Shown: positions 15,800 through 25,000 of the stretch, one piece after another | How the letters are laid out: the number at the start of each line of letters is the position of its first letter | How positions within the stretch are numbered: the first letter of the stretch is position 1 | NCBI GenBank assembly: GCA_027449645.1 | Contig: DAIDLF010000035.1 | Location: 1 to 37,332 of the forward strand | DNA from: Candidatus Parcubacteria bacterium | Lineage (GTDB): Bacteria; Patescibacteriota; Minisyncoccia; UBA6257; 2-01-FULL-56-20 | Reading direction: 5' to 3' | Length of the DNA: 37,332 nucleotides | Made by a program: the position numbers and the translations under genes | The notes under the pieces: generated by a model | What the model was told of the DNA's origin: nothing | The model's input: only the letters and a program-made list of their open reading frames with translations | The model's database searches: none

Positions 15800-16945
15800 T
15801 TAATGATGGATGATGGTAGTGGACTTGGTCTTGGCGAAGAGCGGCGCGAACGGCGTGGAGACGTCTGCGGTCGCGCGAAGCATCTTGGCAATGCGCTCGG
15901 TCGTTTTGACGAGCGTGCTCCGGTCCCCCACCATCTGGGCGACGGAACGGGTGACGCCGTCAGGGCACTGGTAGAACACCCGGTCATACCAGTGGCTCCG
16001 GTCCCCCAACTCGGGATAATATCCCATAATCACCTCGGCGTTCCGGAGATAGCGGAGCGACAGCGGATCCCGGAATTGCGGCATGAAAAGGATATCGCTC
16101 TTCTTCTCCTCGCGGATCTCGCGCGCAAAACCCCCAAAGTCCGCGGCGGCGGTAAGGTTGATCGCGCCGTTCGGCTCAATGCCGTGCCGGTCGCCGCCGG
16201 AGATGAGCGGCACGCCGAACCGTTCGCCGATCGCCACCACGCGCTTGTTCACGGTCCATGACTGCAGGGCGTTGATCTCCAGGGCATGGACCAATCCGGG
16301 ATGATGGGAAAGAAAATCGTCCACGGCCGAAACGTGCATGGCATGCCCGATGCGGCCCTGGTCGATCAGCGGATGGTTCAGCACAATGAGCGTATCAGGG
16401 AAGGAAGCGATATCCTCAAGGCATGCCCTCAGCATTCCCGGATCATCGGGGTTACGGGTCGCCTCGCGGAGCGCGGCGAACATCCGTGCGGCATGCGCCC
16501 CGGGGAGGTTATGGATGCCGATATGAAATACGGCGCGATGATATGGCGCGGTCCATTCGAGCGACGTGATCCCCCGGCCTTCGCAGGCCGCGATCTCGTC
16601 GTGGTCGGTGAGGGAAACGATCGGACGAAATCCTTCTCCCGCAATCTGCCGCGCCTCCAGCCCGTAGGCCACATCCGGCGATATGGGCGTCGTCCAATAT
16701 CCCTTCCGATAATCAAACTTTTCGCCCCATGTGCTTGCATAACCCTCCTCCATCTTGCGCAGAAGATTGGAAAAAAGGCGGATCTTGATCTTCTTGGCCC
16801 CAGTAGGCAAAAAAAGCAGGCCCTCGTGCGAGTGCCAGGTATGGCCGTGGAGCGAAACCCCGCTCGCGAATGTCACCGTGAACTTCTTGTCCTTTTTCCA
16901 TTGGTAATGGAAACGCGTGCCAGATGATAGGGGTGATGATGCCAT
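15800..16945 (-). CDS. PHP-family (polymerase/histidinol-phosphatase-like) metal-dependent phosphoesterase
   Basis: His/Asp motifs appear in PHP order: LHGHTWHSHEG, SLTDHDE, HIGIHN, LNHP, GGDRHG. The family call is from motifs only. Confidence 0.6.
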   Translation of the reverse strand: MASSPLSSGTRFHYQWKKDKKFTVTFASGVSLHGHTWHSHEGLLFLPTGAKKIKIRLFSNLLRKMEEGYASTWGEKFDYRKGYWTTPISPDVAYGLEARQIAGEGFRPIVSLTDHDEIAACEGRGITSLEWTAPYHRAVFHIGIHNLPGAHAARMFAALREATRNPDDPGMLRACLEDIASFPDTLIVLNHPLIDQGRIGHAMHVSAVDDFLSHHPGLVHALEINALQSWTVNKRVVAIGERFGVPLISGGDRHGIEPNGAINLTAAADFGGFAREIREEKKSDILFMPQFRDPLSLRYLRNAEVIMGYYPELGDRSHWYDRVFYQCPDGVTRSVAQMVGDRSTLVKTTERIAKMLRATADVSTPFAPLFAKTKSTTIIHH

Positions 16946-16951
16946 GGTCCC

Positions 16952-16960
16952 ATTATATCA
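16952..16960 (-). promoter_or_regulatory. Extended -10 (TGaTATAAT) 6 nt upstream of the PHP-gene ATG; likely head of the PHP...smc operon
   Basis: The minus strand reads CTGATATAATgggaccATG. Confidence 0.5.
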
Positions 16961-16983
16961 GATTATGCGACTTCCGCGCGGGG

Positions 16984-17056
16984 TGCCCCCACCAGGACTC
17001 GAACCTGGGACCATCTCCTTAAAAGGGAGCTGCTCTACCAACTGAGCTATAGGGGC
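16984..17056 (-). tRNA. tRNA-Lys (anticodon TTT)
   Basis: Manual cloverleaf on the minus strand: GCCCCTA-TA-GCTC-AGTTGGTA-GAGC-A-GCTCC-CTTTTAA-GGAGA-TGGTC-CCAGG-TTCGAGT-CCTGG-TGGGGGC-A. 73 nt, no encoded CCA. Confidence 0.9.
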
Positions 17057-17095
17057 GATCGGGGGCGCAATAACGCACCGCCAAAACACTTTGAC

Positions 17096-17124
17096 ATCTT
17101 ACTGAAAAATCGCCCTATTTTCAA
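17096..17124 (-). promoter_or_regulatory. Candidate promoter TTGAAA-17-TAAGAT for tRNA-Lys
   Basis: The minus strand reads TTGAAAatagggcgatttttcagTAAGAT, about 40 nt upstream of the tRNA 5' end. Confidence 0.45.
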
Positions 17125-17187
17125 CTGCCGCAAAACGCGCCGCGCCCCTTGCAAAGCGCACCCATGCCGGCCCTGCCGCGATGCCGG

Positions 17188-18318
17188 CTATCGCTCCCGC
17201 TCCAGCTCCTCCAGCAATTTTTGCGCTTTCGAACCGGGGCGTTTTGGCGCCTTGATGATGAAGTTCACCAGAAGGTCGCCGCGCCCCGACGAACCGAACC
17301 GCGGCATGCCTTCGCGCGGGATGCGCAACATATCCTTCAGGTTGAAATGCGGAGGGATCTCTGCGGAAACCATACCCGCCGACGTGCCGCCCGCAACCGC
17401 GGAAATGGAAGGCACCTCGATCTTTTTGCCAAGCAGAAGGTCCACAAGATCCAGTTCGTGGGACACCACAAGGTCCGCGCCGTGCCGCGCGAACACCGGA
17501 TGCGGCTTCACGCGCACGCGCACATAAAGGTCGCCCGACGCCGTGCCGCGCTCGCCCGCTTCGCCCATGCCGGCCACCTTGATGATCTGATTGTCGTCGA
17601 TGCCGGGAAGGAGCTCTATCGCCACCGAGCGCTCCGCCTCCACGCGCCCGGCGCCCTTGCATGCCGTGCAGGGCTTTTTGGGAATCTCCCCCATGCCGTG
17701 GCACTTCACGCAGGTCTTCACCTGGGATACATTGCCGAAAAACGTATGGCGCTGCTCGCGGATCTCGCCCTGGCCGCCGCAGGTGGAACATTGCTCAAGC
17801 GCACTGCCCGGTTCGGCGCCCTTGCCGCCGCACTTTGCGCACTGCACGAGCGTGCGGAACCGCACGGTCTTCTTCACGCCGCGGAACGCCTCTTCCAGGG
17901 TGATCTGCTCGTGCATCTCAAGGTCGGATCCTTTGGAATAGGTCTTGCGCCGCGGCCGCCCGCCCATGCCCTCAAAGATGCTCTCAAAAATATCGCCGAT
18001 ATCGCCCATGTCGCCGAACTGCGAAGGGTCGAAGCCCATGCCCTCCCAGTTCACGTTCGCGCCATTGAAGCCTCCCCCGAAACCGCCCCACGGCCCGCCC
18101 TGCGCCCCGGCCGGGCCGGCAGAACCGAACCGGTCATATTGCGCGCGCTTGGCCTTGTCGGAAAGCACCTGATACGCCTCGTTAATCTCCTTGAATTTCG
18201 CTTCGTCGCCGCCGGATTTGTCCGGATGGTACTTGTGCGCAAGCTTGCGGTATGCCTTTTTGATATCTTCTTCATTGGCGGTCTTTGCGACGCCAAGGAT
18301 GTCATAGTAGTCCTTCAT
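17188..18318 (-). CDS. dnaJ: Molecular chaperone DnaJ
   Basis: J domain (DYYDILGV...[14 protein letters not shown]), a G-rich linker, and four CxxCxGxG zinc-finger repeats ([32 protein letters not shown]). Confidence 0.97.
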   Translation of the reverse strand: MKDYYDILGVAKTANEEDIKKAYRKLAHKYHPDKSGGDEAKFKEINEAYQVLSDKAKRAQYDRFGSAGPAGAQGGPWGGFGGGFNGANVNWEGMGFDPSQFGDMGDIGDIFESIFEGMGGRPRRKTYSKGSDLEMHEQITLEEAFRGVKKTVRFRTLVQCAKCGGKGAEPGSALEQCSTCGGQGEIREQRHTFFGNVSQVKTCVKCHGMGEIPKKPCTACKGAGRVEAERSVAIELLPGIDDNQIIKVAGMGEAGERGTASGDLYVRVRVKPHPVFARHGADLVVSHELDLVDLLLGKKIEVPSISAVAGGTSAGMVSAEIPPHFNLKDMLRIPREGMPRFGSSGRGDLLVNFIIKAPKRPGSKAQKLLEELERER

Positions 18319-18328
18319 GGTAGTAATG

Positions 18329-19369
18329 TTACGAATAGCCGATCACTTCCTTGGTGCGCATCTCCTCCCCCACCTTCACGAATCCGGTCGCAAGGAGCAG
18401 TTCATAGACGATCAGCGCGAAGAATTCGGCGAGCCAGATGAAAATGATGCCGATGCTCCGCAGGGCGATGAAAATGACCGCGGCCCAGCCGATATCGAAC
18501 CAGCCGCCCGACTGGCTTTGCCATGCCTGCATCATGCCCTGAAGGATGCTGTAGAACGCATCGCTCGTGGCCGACGACGAGGCGATGGATGACGACGGAA
18601 GTTTTGCGGTGAGATTCTGGGCGAGCTGCTGCGATTGCTGGGCCACGGCGGCGCTTTGCTGCGCCGACGTCAAATTCTGGAATTCCGGATTGTTGGTGAG
18701 CTCCATCTTTGCAAAACTTTCCGTAAAGCCGCCGAAGGAGCCGTTGAGCGAAAGGCTCGGATAGAAATCCGTGACGATCCCCGACGACCAGTCAAAGAAC
18801 GTCCGGAAGCTTTTCTGCGACACAAGCAGCGGGTTGCCCCCGATCTGCGGCGCGTAGATGAGCACCATAAAGACCAGGAGTCCGGTGGTGAACTTGCCGA
18901 GGGCCAGGTTCGCCACGCCGAAAAACGGGATGTTGATGCTGTTGCCCAACCGCACGCGCGCCTCAAAATACCCCCACGCAAGGAACACCAGCACGATGAT
19001 GCCGTTGAGGGCCAGAATGCGCCAGTCGTCGCGCCAGAAGAACCCGATCACGCCGAGCGTCTCCAGCACGATGACCCCGAGCGTCCTCCCGCCGTGCTTG
19101 GCGAGGAATGCCTGGAGCGCGACCATCACCCCGAACAGCGTGAATGCCCCAAGCAAGACCCACACCGGGATCCCTCCGGTGAGATAGCGGTAATAGCAGT
19201 ACCCGAACCCTGCGGCAAAGAGCACCGCGAGCACGTCCAACACGATGGACTTATAGAAGCCCGGCGGCTTGCGCGGGCCGGTCTCTATCCTATTGAGGCT
19301 GACCAGGTTCTGGCTGTGGTCCGGACTCGGCGCCGCCTTGTCCCCCAGCATTATTTTCCTCAGGTCCAT
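18329..19369 (-). CDS. Polytopic membrane protein of unknown function embedded between dnaK and dnaJ
   Basis: 346-aa ORF with at least 6 hydrophobic helices and a Q/S-rich soluble segment ([37 protein letters not shown]). It stops 10 nt before the dnaJ ATG. The annotated ATG (19369) lies 80 nt inside the dnaK 3' end, so the start is uncertain. Confidence 0.6.
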   Translation of the reverse strand: MDLRKIMLGDKAAPSPDHSQNLVSLNRIETGPRKPPGFYKSIVLDVLAVLFAAGFGYCYYRYLTGGIPVWVLLGAFTLFGVMVALQAFLAKHGGRTLGVIVLETLGVIGFFWRDDWRILALNGIIVLVFLAWGYFEARVRLGNSINIPFFGVANLALGKFTTGLLVFMVLIYAPQIGGNPLLVSQKSFRTFFDWSSGIVTDFYPSLSLNGSFGGFTESFAKMELTNNPEFQNLTSAQQSAAVAQQSQQLAQNLTAKLPSSSIASSSATSDAFYSILQGMMQAWQSQSGGWFDIGWAAVIFIALRSIGIIFIWLAEFFALIVYELLLATGFVKVGEEMRTKEVIGYS

Positions 19370-21212
19370 TCCCTTTATTATATTCTGCCTGGCCGATTTT
19401 TTGTATCTCCTGCGAAAGTGCTGCGGTAGCGGTCTCTATTGCCGCCTTATCCTCGCCGTCCTTCACCTTTTTGAGCGCCTCCAATTTTTCCGTGACGCCG
19501 GTCTTGATCTCCTCAGAAACCTTGTCGCCCGCCTCGCGCAGGGATTTCTCCGCAAGGTACGCCAGCGACTCCGCCTGATTCCGGGCATCGATGAGCTCCT
19601 TCTTCCTCTCGTCCTCCGCGGCGTGTTCGGCAGCCTCCTTCTTGAGGCGCTCGATCTCATCCTTGGAAAGGTTCGTGGAAGCCTCGATCTTCACCGACTG
19701 CGATTTGCCCGTCGCCTTGTCCTTCGCGGAGACATTGAGGATGCCGTTCGCATCGATGTCGAACGTCACCTCCACCTGCGGGATGCCGTCCAGCATGAAC
19801 CGCGCAAGCACCTTGTTGTCCGCCGCCATCGGGCGTTCGCCCTGGAGCACGAGCACCTCCACCGAGGTCTGATTGTCCGCCGCCGTGCTGAAGGTCTGCG
19901 TCTTCGCCGTCGGCACGGTCGTGTTCTTCGGGATCATCGGCGTCGCGACGCCGCCGAGCGTCTCTATGGCAAGCGTGAGCGGCGTGACGTCAAGGAGCAA
20001 AATGTCCTTCACTTCGCCCTCGGTCTTGCGGCCCTCCTTCTTTGCCGCGAGGATCTCGCCCTGGATGCCGGCACCCAAGGCCACCACCTCGTCCGGATTG
20101 ATGCCCTTGTGCGGCTCCTTGCCGAAGAGCTTCTTCACTGCCTCCTGCATGGCCGGCATACGGGTCTGGCCGCCCACAAGCAATACCTCATTGATGTCGC
20201 CGAGCTTGAATCCCGCGCCTTTCGGCGCCGGCGCCGTCACGGCCTCCTCCGTGAGCTTCACCGAGCGGTCCAGATAGTCCTGCACCAGCGATTCCAGCTT
20301 GGCGCGGGTCATCTTGATCTGGAAATGCTTCGGCCCGTTCGCGTCGGAGGTGATGTACGGAATGTTGATCTCCGTCTCCGTCGCGCTCGAAAGCTCGTGC
20401 TTGGCGCGCTCGGCGGCCTCCTTGAGGCGCTGGACGGCGAGAGGATCCTTGGCAAGGTCGATGCCCTCCTGCTTCTTGTATTCCTCCACGAGGAACTCCT
20501 GGATCTTCTTGTCGAAATCGTCGCCGCCGAGATGCGTGTCACCGCCCGTGGCGCGGACCTCGATCGTCTGCTCCTTGGTCTCGGGATCAAAGCCGATCTC
20601 CAGCACCGACACGTCGAACGTGCCGCCGCCGAAGTCGTATACCACGATCTTCTGGTTGCTCTCCTTGTTCACGCCGTACGCGAAGGCCGCCGCCGTCGGC
20701 TCGTTGATGATGCGCTCCACTTTGAGGCCCGCGATCTCGCCGGCATTCTTCGTGGCCTGGCGCTGGGAATCGTCAAAGTAGGCAGGCACGGTGATGACCG
20801 CCTCGTCCACTTTTTCGCCGAGGCGCGCTTCCGCATCGGCCTTCAGCTTCGCGAGGACCATCGCCGAGATCTCCTCCGGCGAATACCATTTGTCGCCCAT
20901 CTTCACCTGCACCCCGCCGCCCGGGCCTTCCTGGACCTCGTAGGGAAGCCATGCTTTGTCGCGCTGGACCTCCGGATCGCTCCACTTGCGGCCAATGAGG
21001 CGCTTCACCGAGAAAATGGTGTTCTTGGGATTCGTCACCGACTGCCGCTTGGCGAGCAATCCCACGAGGCGCTCGCCGCCTTTGGACAACGCAACAATGG
21101 AAGGCGTGGTGCGGTTGCCTTCCGCGTTCTCCAGGATCTGCAGTTCGCCGTTCTTCATGACCGCCACTGCCGAATTCGTCGTACCGAGGTCAATGCCGAT
21201 GATTTTTGCCAT
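19290..21212 (-). CDS. dnaK: Molecular chaperone DnaK (Hsp70)
   Basis: [31 protein letters not shown]; 640 aa. Confidence 0.98.
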   Translation of the reverse strand: MAKIIGIDLGTTNSAVAVMKNGELQILENAEGNRTTPSIVALSKGGERLVGLLAKRQSVTNPKNTIFSVKRLIGRKWSDPEVQRDKAWLPYEVQEGPGGGVQVKMGDKWYSPEEISAMVLAKLKADAEARLGEKVDEAVITVPAYFDDSQRQATKNAGEIAGLKVERIINEPTAAAFAYGVNKESNQKIVVYDFGGGTFDVSVLEIGFDPETKEQTIEVRATGGDTHLGGDDFDKKIQEFLVEEYKKQEGIDLAKDPLAVQRLKEAAERAKHELSSATETEINIPYITSDANGPKHFQIKMTRAKLESLVQDYLDRSVKLTEEAVTAPAPKGAGFKLGDINEVLLVGGQTRMPAMQEAVKKLFGKEPHKGINPDEVVALGAGIQGEILAAKKEGRKTEGEVKDILLLDVTPLTLAIETLGGVATPMIPKNTTVPTAKTQTFSTAADNQTSVEVLVLQGERPMAADNKVLARFMLDGIPQVEVTFDIDANGILNVSAKDKATGKSQSVKIEASTNLSKDEIERLKKEAAEHAAEDERKKELIDARNQAESLAYLAEKSLREAGDKVSEEIKTGVTEKLEALKKVKDGEDKAAIETATAALSQEIQKIGQAEYNKGNGPEENNAGGQGGAESGPQPEPGQPQ

Positions 21213-21244
21213 GATGGTTTATTGGTTAAATAATGGTTAATGCC

Positions 21245-21742
21245 TTATTCGCGCCCTTTGTCTTTGCTGACGATCACCCTCGCAGGCCGCACGACCTTGT
21301 CGTGCATCCGATAGCCTGGCTCGATCTCTTCCACCACCGCGCCGGGCGGATGGTGCTCCGACTCCACCTCGGACAGCGCTTCCGCAACGGCAGGATCGAA
21401 GGGATCGCCTGGCTTCACGCTGATCTTCTCCAGCCCGCGCTTCTTCAGGATATCCTCCAGCTGGGTGCGGATGAGGTACAGCCCTTTCTCCACCGGCCCC
21501 TCTTTCTCGAAGCTCCGCAGGGCAAGGTCGAAGTTGTCCAGCACCGAGATGAGGTCCTTCACGAGGCCCACGCTCCCGTACCGCGCGATCTCCTCCAGCT
21601 TCTGCGTCTCTTCCTTCTTATAATTGATGAAATCTGCCTTGGTGCGCTGCCATCCTGCAAGATACCCGTCGCGTTCCTTTTCCGCGGCGGCGAGGCGCTC
21701 CTCCCATCCAGGCTCCTGCGGCTGCGCTGATGTTTCTTCCAT
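21245..21742 (-). CDS. grpE: Nucleotide exchange factor GrpE
   Basis: YLAGWQRTKADFINYKKE, VLDNFDLAL and GYRMHDKVVRPARVIV are GrpE motifs. Start set at MEETSAQ (21742). The upstream part of the track ORF overlaps hrcA. Confidence 0.92.
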   Translation of the reverse strand: MEETSAQPQEPGWEERLAAAEKERDGYLAGWQRTKADFINYKKEETQKLEEIARYGSVGLVKDLISVLDNFDLALRSFEKEGPVEKGLYLIRTQLEDILKKRGLEKISVKPGDPFDPAVAEALSEVESEHHPPGAVVEEIEPGYRMHDKVVRPARVIVSKDKGRE

Positions 21743-21761
21743 GGTAGTGATGCGATAATGG

Positions 21762-22448
21762 TTAAAGATTTTTGAAGACCCGTATGACCTTTCGATAATC
21801 CATCCGCTTGGGGCCGATCGCAAAAATGGAAATGATGTCGCCGTCCACCTGATAGTTCCCGCACACCACGGAGAGGTTCTCGCTCTTGGTGAGCGGACTC
21901 TTTTTGCCGACGAACACTTTCGGCCCTTCCGTGCGTTCGCCGAGGGTTCGTGCGGCATGGAGCAGGCGGTCGTCCACATGTTCGAAATCGCGGATGACCG
22001 AACGGATGCCGGCCTGATCCTCCCAGTCGAGGTGATCAATGAGATGGTCCAGGCCGCATTTATAGACCGCGGTCGCGGCAAGGTCGGCGGCGGCGCTCAA
22101 AAGGTCCAGCTCCGAGGAAAGCTCGCGGAGGAAATCCGGCAAGGCCTGCTCCTCCACCATGCGCTTCAGCCCGGCGCGGCGCTCGGCATGGTCTGCGGTG
22201 GCGGCGGAAAGCTGGCGGTCCGCGAAAAATTCGTATCCTGTGTTGGTGGGGATCCTCCCCGCGGAATAGTGCGGCTTTTCAAGGTATCCCGCATCTTCCA
22301 ACGCGTCCAGCTCGATGCGGATCATGGCCGGCTTGATGCCGAAATCATGGCGCGCATAGAGCAAGCCGGAGCTCACCGGCACGCCGGTGGCGATATATTC
22401 CTGGATGGCCGCTTCCAATATCTGGGCCGTGCGCTCGGTCATGGGCAT
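21762..22448 (-). CDS. hrcA: Heat-inducible transcription repressor HrcA (short form, 228 aa)
   Basis: N-terminal winged-helix region (RTAQILEAAIQEYIATGVPVSSGLL). It is the first gene of hrcA-grpE-dnaK-dnaJ, and a CIRCE-like palindrome lies immediately upstream. Confidence 0.8.
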   Translation of the reverse strand: MPMTERTAQILEAAIQEYIATGVPVSSGLLYARHDFGIKPAMIRIELDALEDAGYLEKPHYSAGRIPTNTGYEFFADRQLSAATADHAERRAGLKRMVEEQALPDFLRELSSELDLLSAAADLAATAVYKCGLDHLIDHLDWEDQAGIRSVIRDFEHVDDRLLHAARTLGERTEGPKVFVGKKSPLTKSENLSVVCGNYQVDGDIISIFAIGPKRMDYRKVIRVFKNL

Positions 22449-22480
22449 GATGGTCCGGTGAATCCTTTAATGACTCCTTG

Positions 22481-22508
22481 ATTATAACGCGATTAGCAAG
22501 CGAGTCAA
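22481..22508 (-). promoter_or_regulatory. hrcA operon promoter TTGACT-16-TATAAT
   Basis: The minus strand reads TTGACTcgcttgctaatcgcgtTATAAT, followed by a 32-nt leader. The -35 lies inside the CIRCE spacer. Confidence 0.6.
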
Positions 22509-22519
22509 GTGCTTGCTAA
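22493..22519 (-). promoter_or_regulatory. CIRCE-like HrcA operator TTAGCAAGC-N9-GCTTGCTAA
   Basis: Perfect 9-bp inverted repeat with a 9-nt spacer. It matches the CIRCE consensus TTAGCACTC-N9-GAGTGCTAA at 7 of 9 positions in each arm. Confidence 0.8.
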
Positions 22520-22553
22520 AGGCCTTCCGGCGCAGATTTCCCCAGGAAGGATA

Positions 22554-22562
22554 TGCTACAAT
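22554..22562 (+). promoter_or_regulatory. Extended -10 (TGcTACAAT) 6 nt upstream of the corA ATG
   Basis: The plus strand reads ATATGCTACAATattcctATG. Confidence 0.5.
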
Positions 22563-22568
22563 ATTCCT

Positions 22569-23450
22569 ATGGAAACGAAGATCGGAAAGAACGCCACCTG
22601 GATCAATCTGGAAAAACCGTCCGAAAAGGACCTCGACTGGCTACAGAAGGAATTCGACTTCCACCCCATCATTATAGAGGAGCTCCGCAACCCCTCGGCG
22701 CGCGGCAAGGTGGAGGTCTACAAGAACTATCTCTTTTTCATCTATTACTTCCCCATCTACGACGCAGAGGACGAGGCATCGACCCGCGCCGAAATAGACT
22801 TCCTCATCACCAAGGACACCATCATCACCGTCCACTACGACGGCGCGAAGAAGGTCCTGCAGAACTTCGCTCCGCCCGCGCTCGGCACGCCGATGGACGT
22901 GATGTACGAGCTCATCGAGCACCTGATCAACTTCGAGGAACGCGAACTGCGCCATATCCGGGAAAAAGTGGAGATGGTCGGCAAGGAGATCTTCAAGGAC
23001 CGCGAGCGCGAGGTGCTGGAACGCATCACCTACCTCAAACGCGACATCTCCGAATACCGCATCATCGTGCGCCTGCAGGGGCCGATCTTCCACTCGCTCC
23101 TCATCCGCGGGGAAAAGTTCTGGGGCAAGGCCGCGGAGGTCTACCTGAACAGCCTGATCGGCGACCAGCTCAAGGTGGTGAACCAGCTGGAAGATTACCG
23201 CGAGGCGATCGCCGACTTTGAGGACACCAACAACCAGTTGATGAACCTCAAGATCAACAGCGTGATGAAGACCTTCACGTCGCTCTCCTTCCTCACCTTC
23301 CCGTTCATGCTCGTCGCGGCGATCTTCAGCATGAACACGCGCGACATGCCCATCGTCGGCCTCCCCCATGCCTTCTGGATCATCTTCGGCATCATGGTAG
23401 TCGGTATGGTGGCCCTCGCCGCCTACTTCAAGCGCAAAGGGTGGTTCTAG
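22569..23450 (+). CDS. corA: CorA-family divalent-cation (Mg2+/Co2+) transporter
   Basis: Cytoplasmic domain plus two C-terminal TM helices. The signature position reads AAIFSMNT (SMN rather than GMN). The C-terminus is YFKRKGWF. Start set at METKIGK (22569). Confidence 0.85.
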   Translation: METKIGKNATWINLEKPSEKDLDWLQKEFDFHPIIIEELRNPSARGKVEVYKNYLFFIYYFPIYDAEDEASTRAEIDFLITKDTIITVHYDGAKKVLQNFAPPALGTPMDVMYELIEHLINFEERELRHIREKVEMVGKEIFKDREREVLERITYLKRDISEYRIIVRLQGPIFHSLLIRGEKFWGKAAEVYLNSLIGDQLKVVNQLEDYREAIADFEDTNNQLMNLKINSVMKTFTSLSFLTFPFMLVAAIFSMNTRDMPIVGLPHAFWIIFGIMVVGMVALAAYFKRKGWF

Positions 23451-23571
23451 AGAACGCAGTCCTTCCTTTTGGAACGCAAATACCACTGCGGACAGCGAGC
23501 GGAAATGGCTCACGGAACGTGCGATATCAGCAAAGTGAGGGCTTTGCGTTCCTATTCTGAGGAAAAAATTG

Positions 23572-23577
23572 TACTAT
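23572..23577 (+). promoter_or_regulatory. -10 box TACTAT, 6 nt upstream of the cysS ATG
   Basis: The plus strand reads TTGTACTATcttcatATG. The -35 is weak. Confidence 0.4.
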
Positions 23578-23583
23578 CTTCAT

Positions 23584-24990
23584 ATGCTTTCCCTCTATAA
23601 TTCCCTCTCGCGGCAGGAGGAACCGCTTCCGGAACAGCGCAAGCTCCGGCTTTTCGTATGCGGCCCGACGGTCTACGACTATCTGCACATCGGCAACGCC
23701 CGCACCTACCTCTTCTTCGATTTCTTCGCCAAACTGCTGAGGGCGCGGGGCTACGAGGTGCATTACCTCCAGAACATCACCGACATCGACGACAAGATCA
23801 TCGCCAAGGCGATCACGGAGGGCAAGGAGACCAAGGCGGTCGCGGAGCGCTTCACGAAGGCATACTTCGAGGACATGAAGGCGCTTGGCGTGGATGCGGT
23901 GACCACCTATGCGCCCGCGACCGACTTCATTGCGCAGATCGTCGCGCAGGTGGAACGCCTCATCGACAAGGGTTTCGCTTACAAAATCGACGGTGATGGC
24001 TGGTATTTCGATATTGCCAAAGACCCCGACTACGGCACACTCTCCGGACGCACTGCGGCGCAGGCGGAAGACGGCGTCACGCGCATCGACGAATCCGTGC
24101 ACAAGCGCAACAAGGGCGATTTTTGCCTGTGGAAATTCACCCAGACCTCGCTCGAAAATCTGGAACCCCGCTGGCCCTCCTCCCTCGGCAGCGGACGGCC
24201 CGGATGGCACATTGAGGACACTGCGATCTCGGAATTCTATTTCGGCCCGCAATACGACATCCATGGCGGCGGCGTGGACCTCAAGTTCCCCCACCACGAG
24301 GCGGAGATCGCCCAGCAGGAATCCGCGTCGGGACTCAAGCCGTTCGTGCGCCTCTGGATGCACGGAGGGTCCCTTACGGTGGACGGCAAGAAGATGTCCA
24401 AGAGCGCGGGCAACTTCGTCACCATCCGCGATTTTCTCGAAGTGCATTCGGCGGCCGTCCTCCGCTGGATCGTGCTCAACCACCATTACCGCTCCCCCAT
24501 CGATTATTCGGAACGGATCGCCGCGCAGGCGGTGACCGAGCTCGAAATGCTGTACGGGCTTGCGCTCCAGGCGCGCGAGGCCGCGATGCGGCAGAACGGT
24601 CCGGATGACGCCGCGAGTCACGCCGCGGGTGTGACTGCGGGCAAAGCCTGGAAGGAACACATCGAGGCGGCGCTCGATGACGACTTGAATACCCCGAAAG
24701 CGCTCGCGCTCGCGCTCGCCATGCTGAAAGACAAGGAGCTCGATGCGGCCGCGAAATACGCGCTCATCACGGAAATGGACGCCTTCCTGGGGCTCGCCAT
24801 AGAGGAGACGGTACGCGAGGCGGGCGCCATCCCGCCGGAAATCGCCCGCAAGTTCATGGAATACCAGGATTTCCGGAGTAATAAACAGTTTATCCAGTCT
24901 GACGCCTTGCGGGCGGCACTGGAAGGGTTAGGATATGTGATAAGAGATTCCCAGGAGGGATCGTTCATCGCAAAACGGTTCACGCATTAG
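23584..24990 (+). CDS. cysS: Cysteinyl-tRNA synthetase
   Basis: Class I motifs HIGNARTY and KMSKSAGN, plus CGPTVYDYLHIGN. Start set at MLSLYNSL (23584). The track start at 23569 is TTG. Confidence 0.95.
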   Translation: MLSLYNSLSRQEEPLPEQRKLRLFVCGPTVYDYLHIGNARTYLFFDFFAKLLRARGYEVHYLQNITDIDDKIIAKAITEGKETKAVAERFTKAYFEDMKALGVDAVTTYAPATDFIAQIVAQVERLIDKGFAYKIDGDGWYFDIAKDPDYGTLSGRTAAQAEDGVTRIDESVHKRNKGDFCLWKFTQTSLENLEPRWPSSLGSGRPGWHIEDTAISEFYFGPQYDIHGGGVDLKFPHHEAEIAQQESASGLKPFVRLWMHGGSLTVDGKKMSKSAGNFVTIRDFLEVHSAAVLRWIVLNHHYRSPIDYSERIAAQAVTELEMLYGLALQAREAAMRQNGPDDAASHAAGVTAGKAWKEHIEAALDDDLNTPKALALALAMLKDKELDAAAKYALITEMDAFLGLAIEETVREAGAIPPEIARKFMEYQDFRSNKQFIQSDALRAALEGLGYVIRDSQEGSFIAKRFTH

Positions 24991-25000
24991 CCATCCACCC

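Noticed and set aside
23451-23583. Possible T-box or other riboswitch leaders upstream of the aminoacyl-tRNA synthetase genes cysS and proS.
   Set aside because: The upstream non-coding regions are too short (about 130 nt and about 55 nt, the latter mostly a terminator). They lack the T-box consensus (AANNNGGGTGGTACCGCG). The -10 boxes sit right next to the ATGs.
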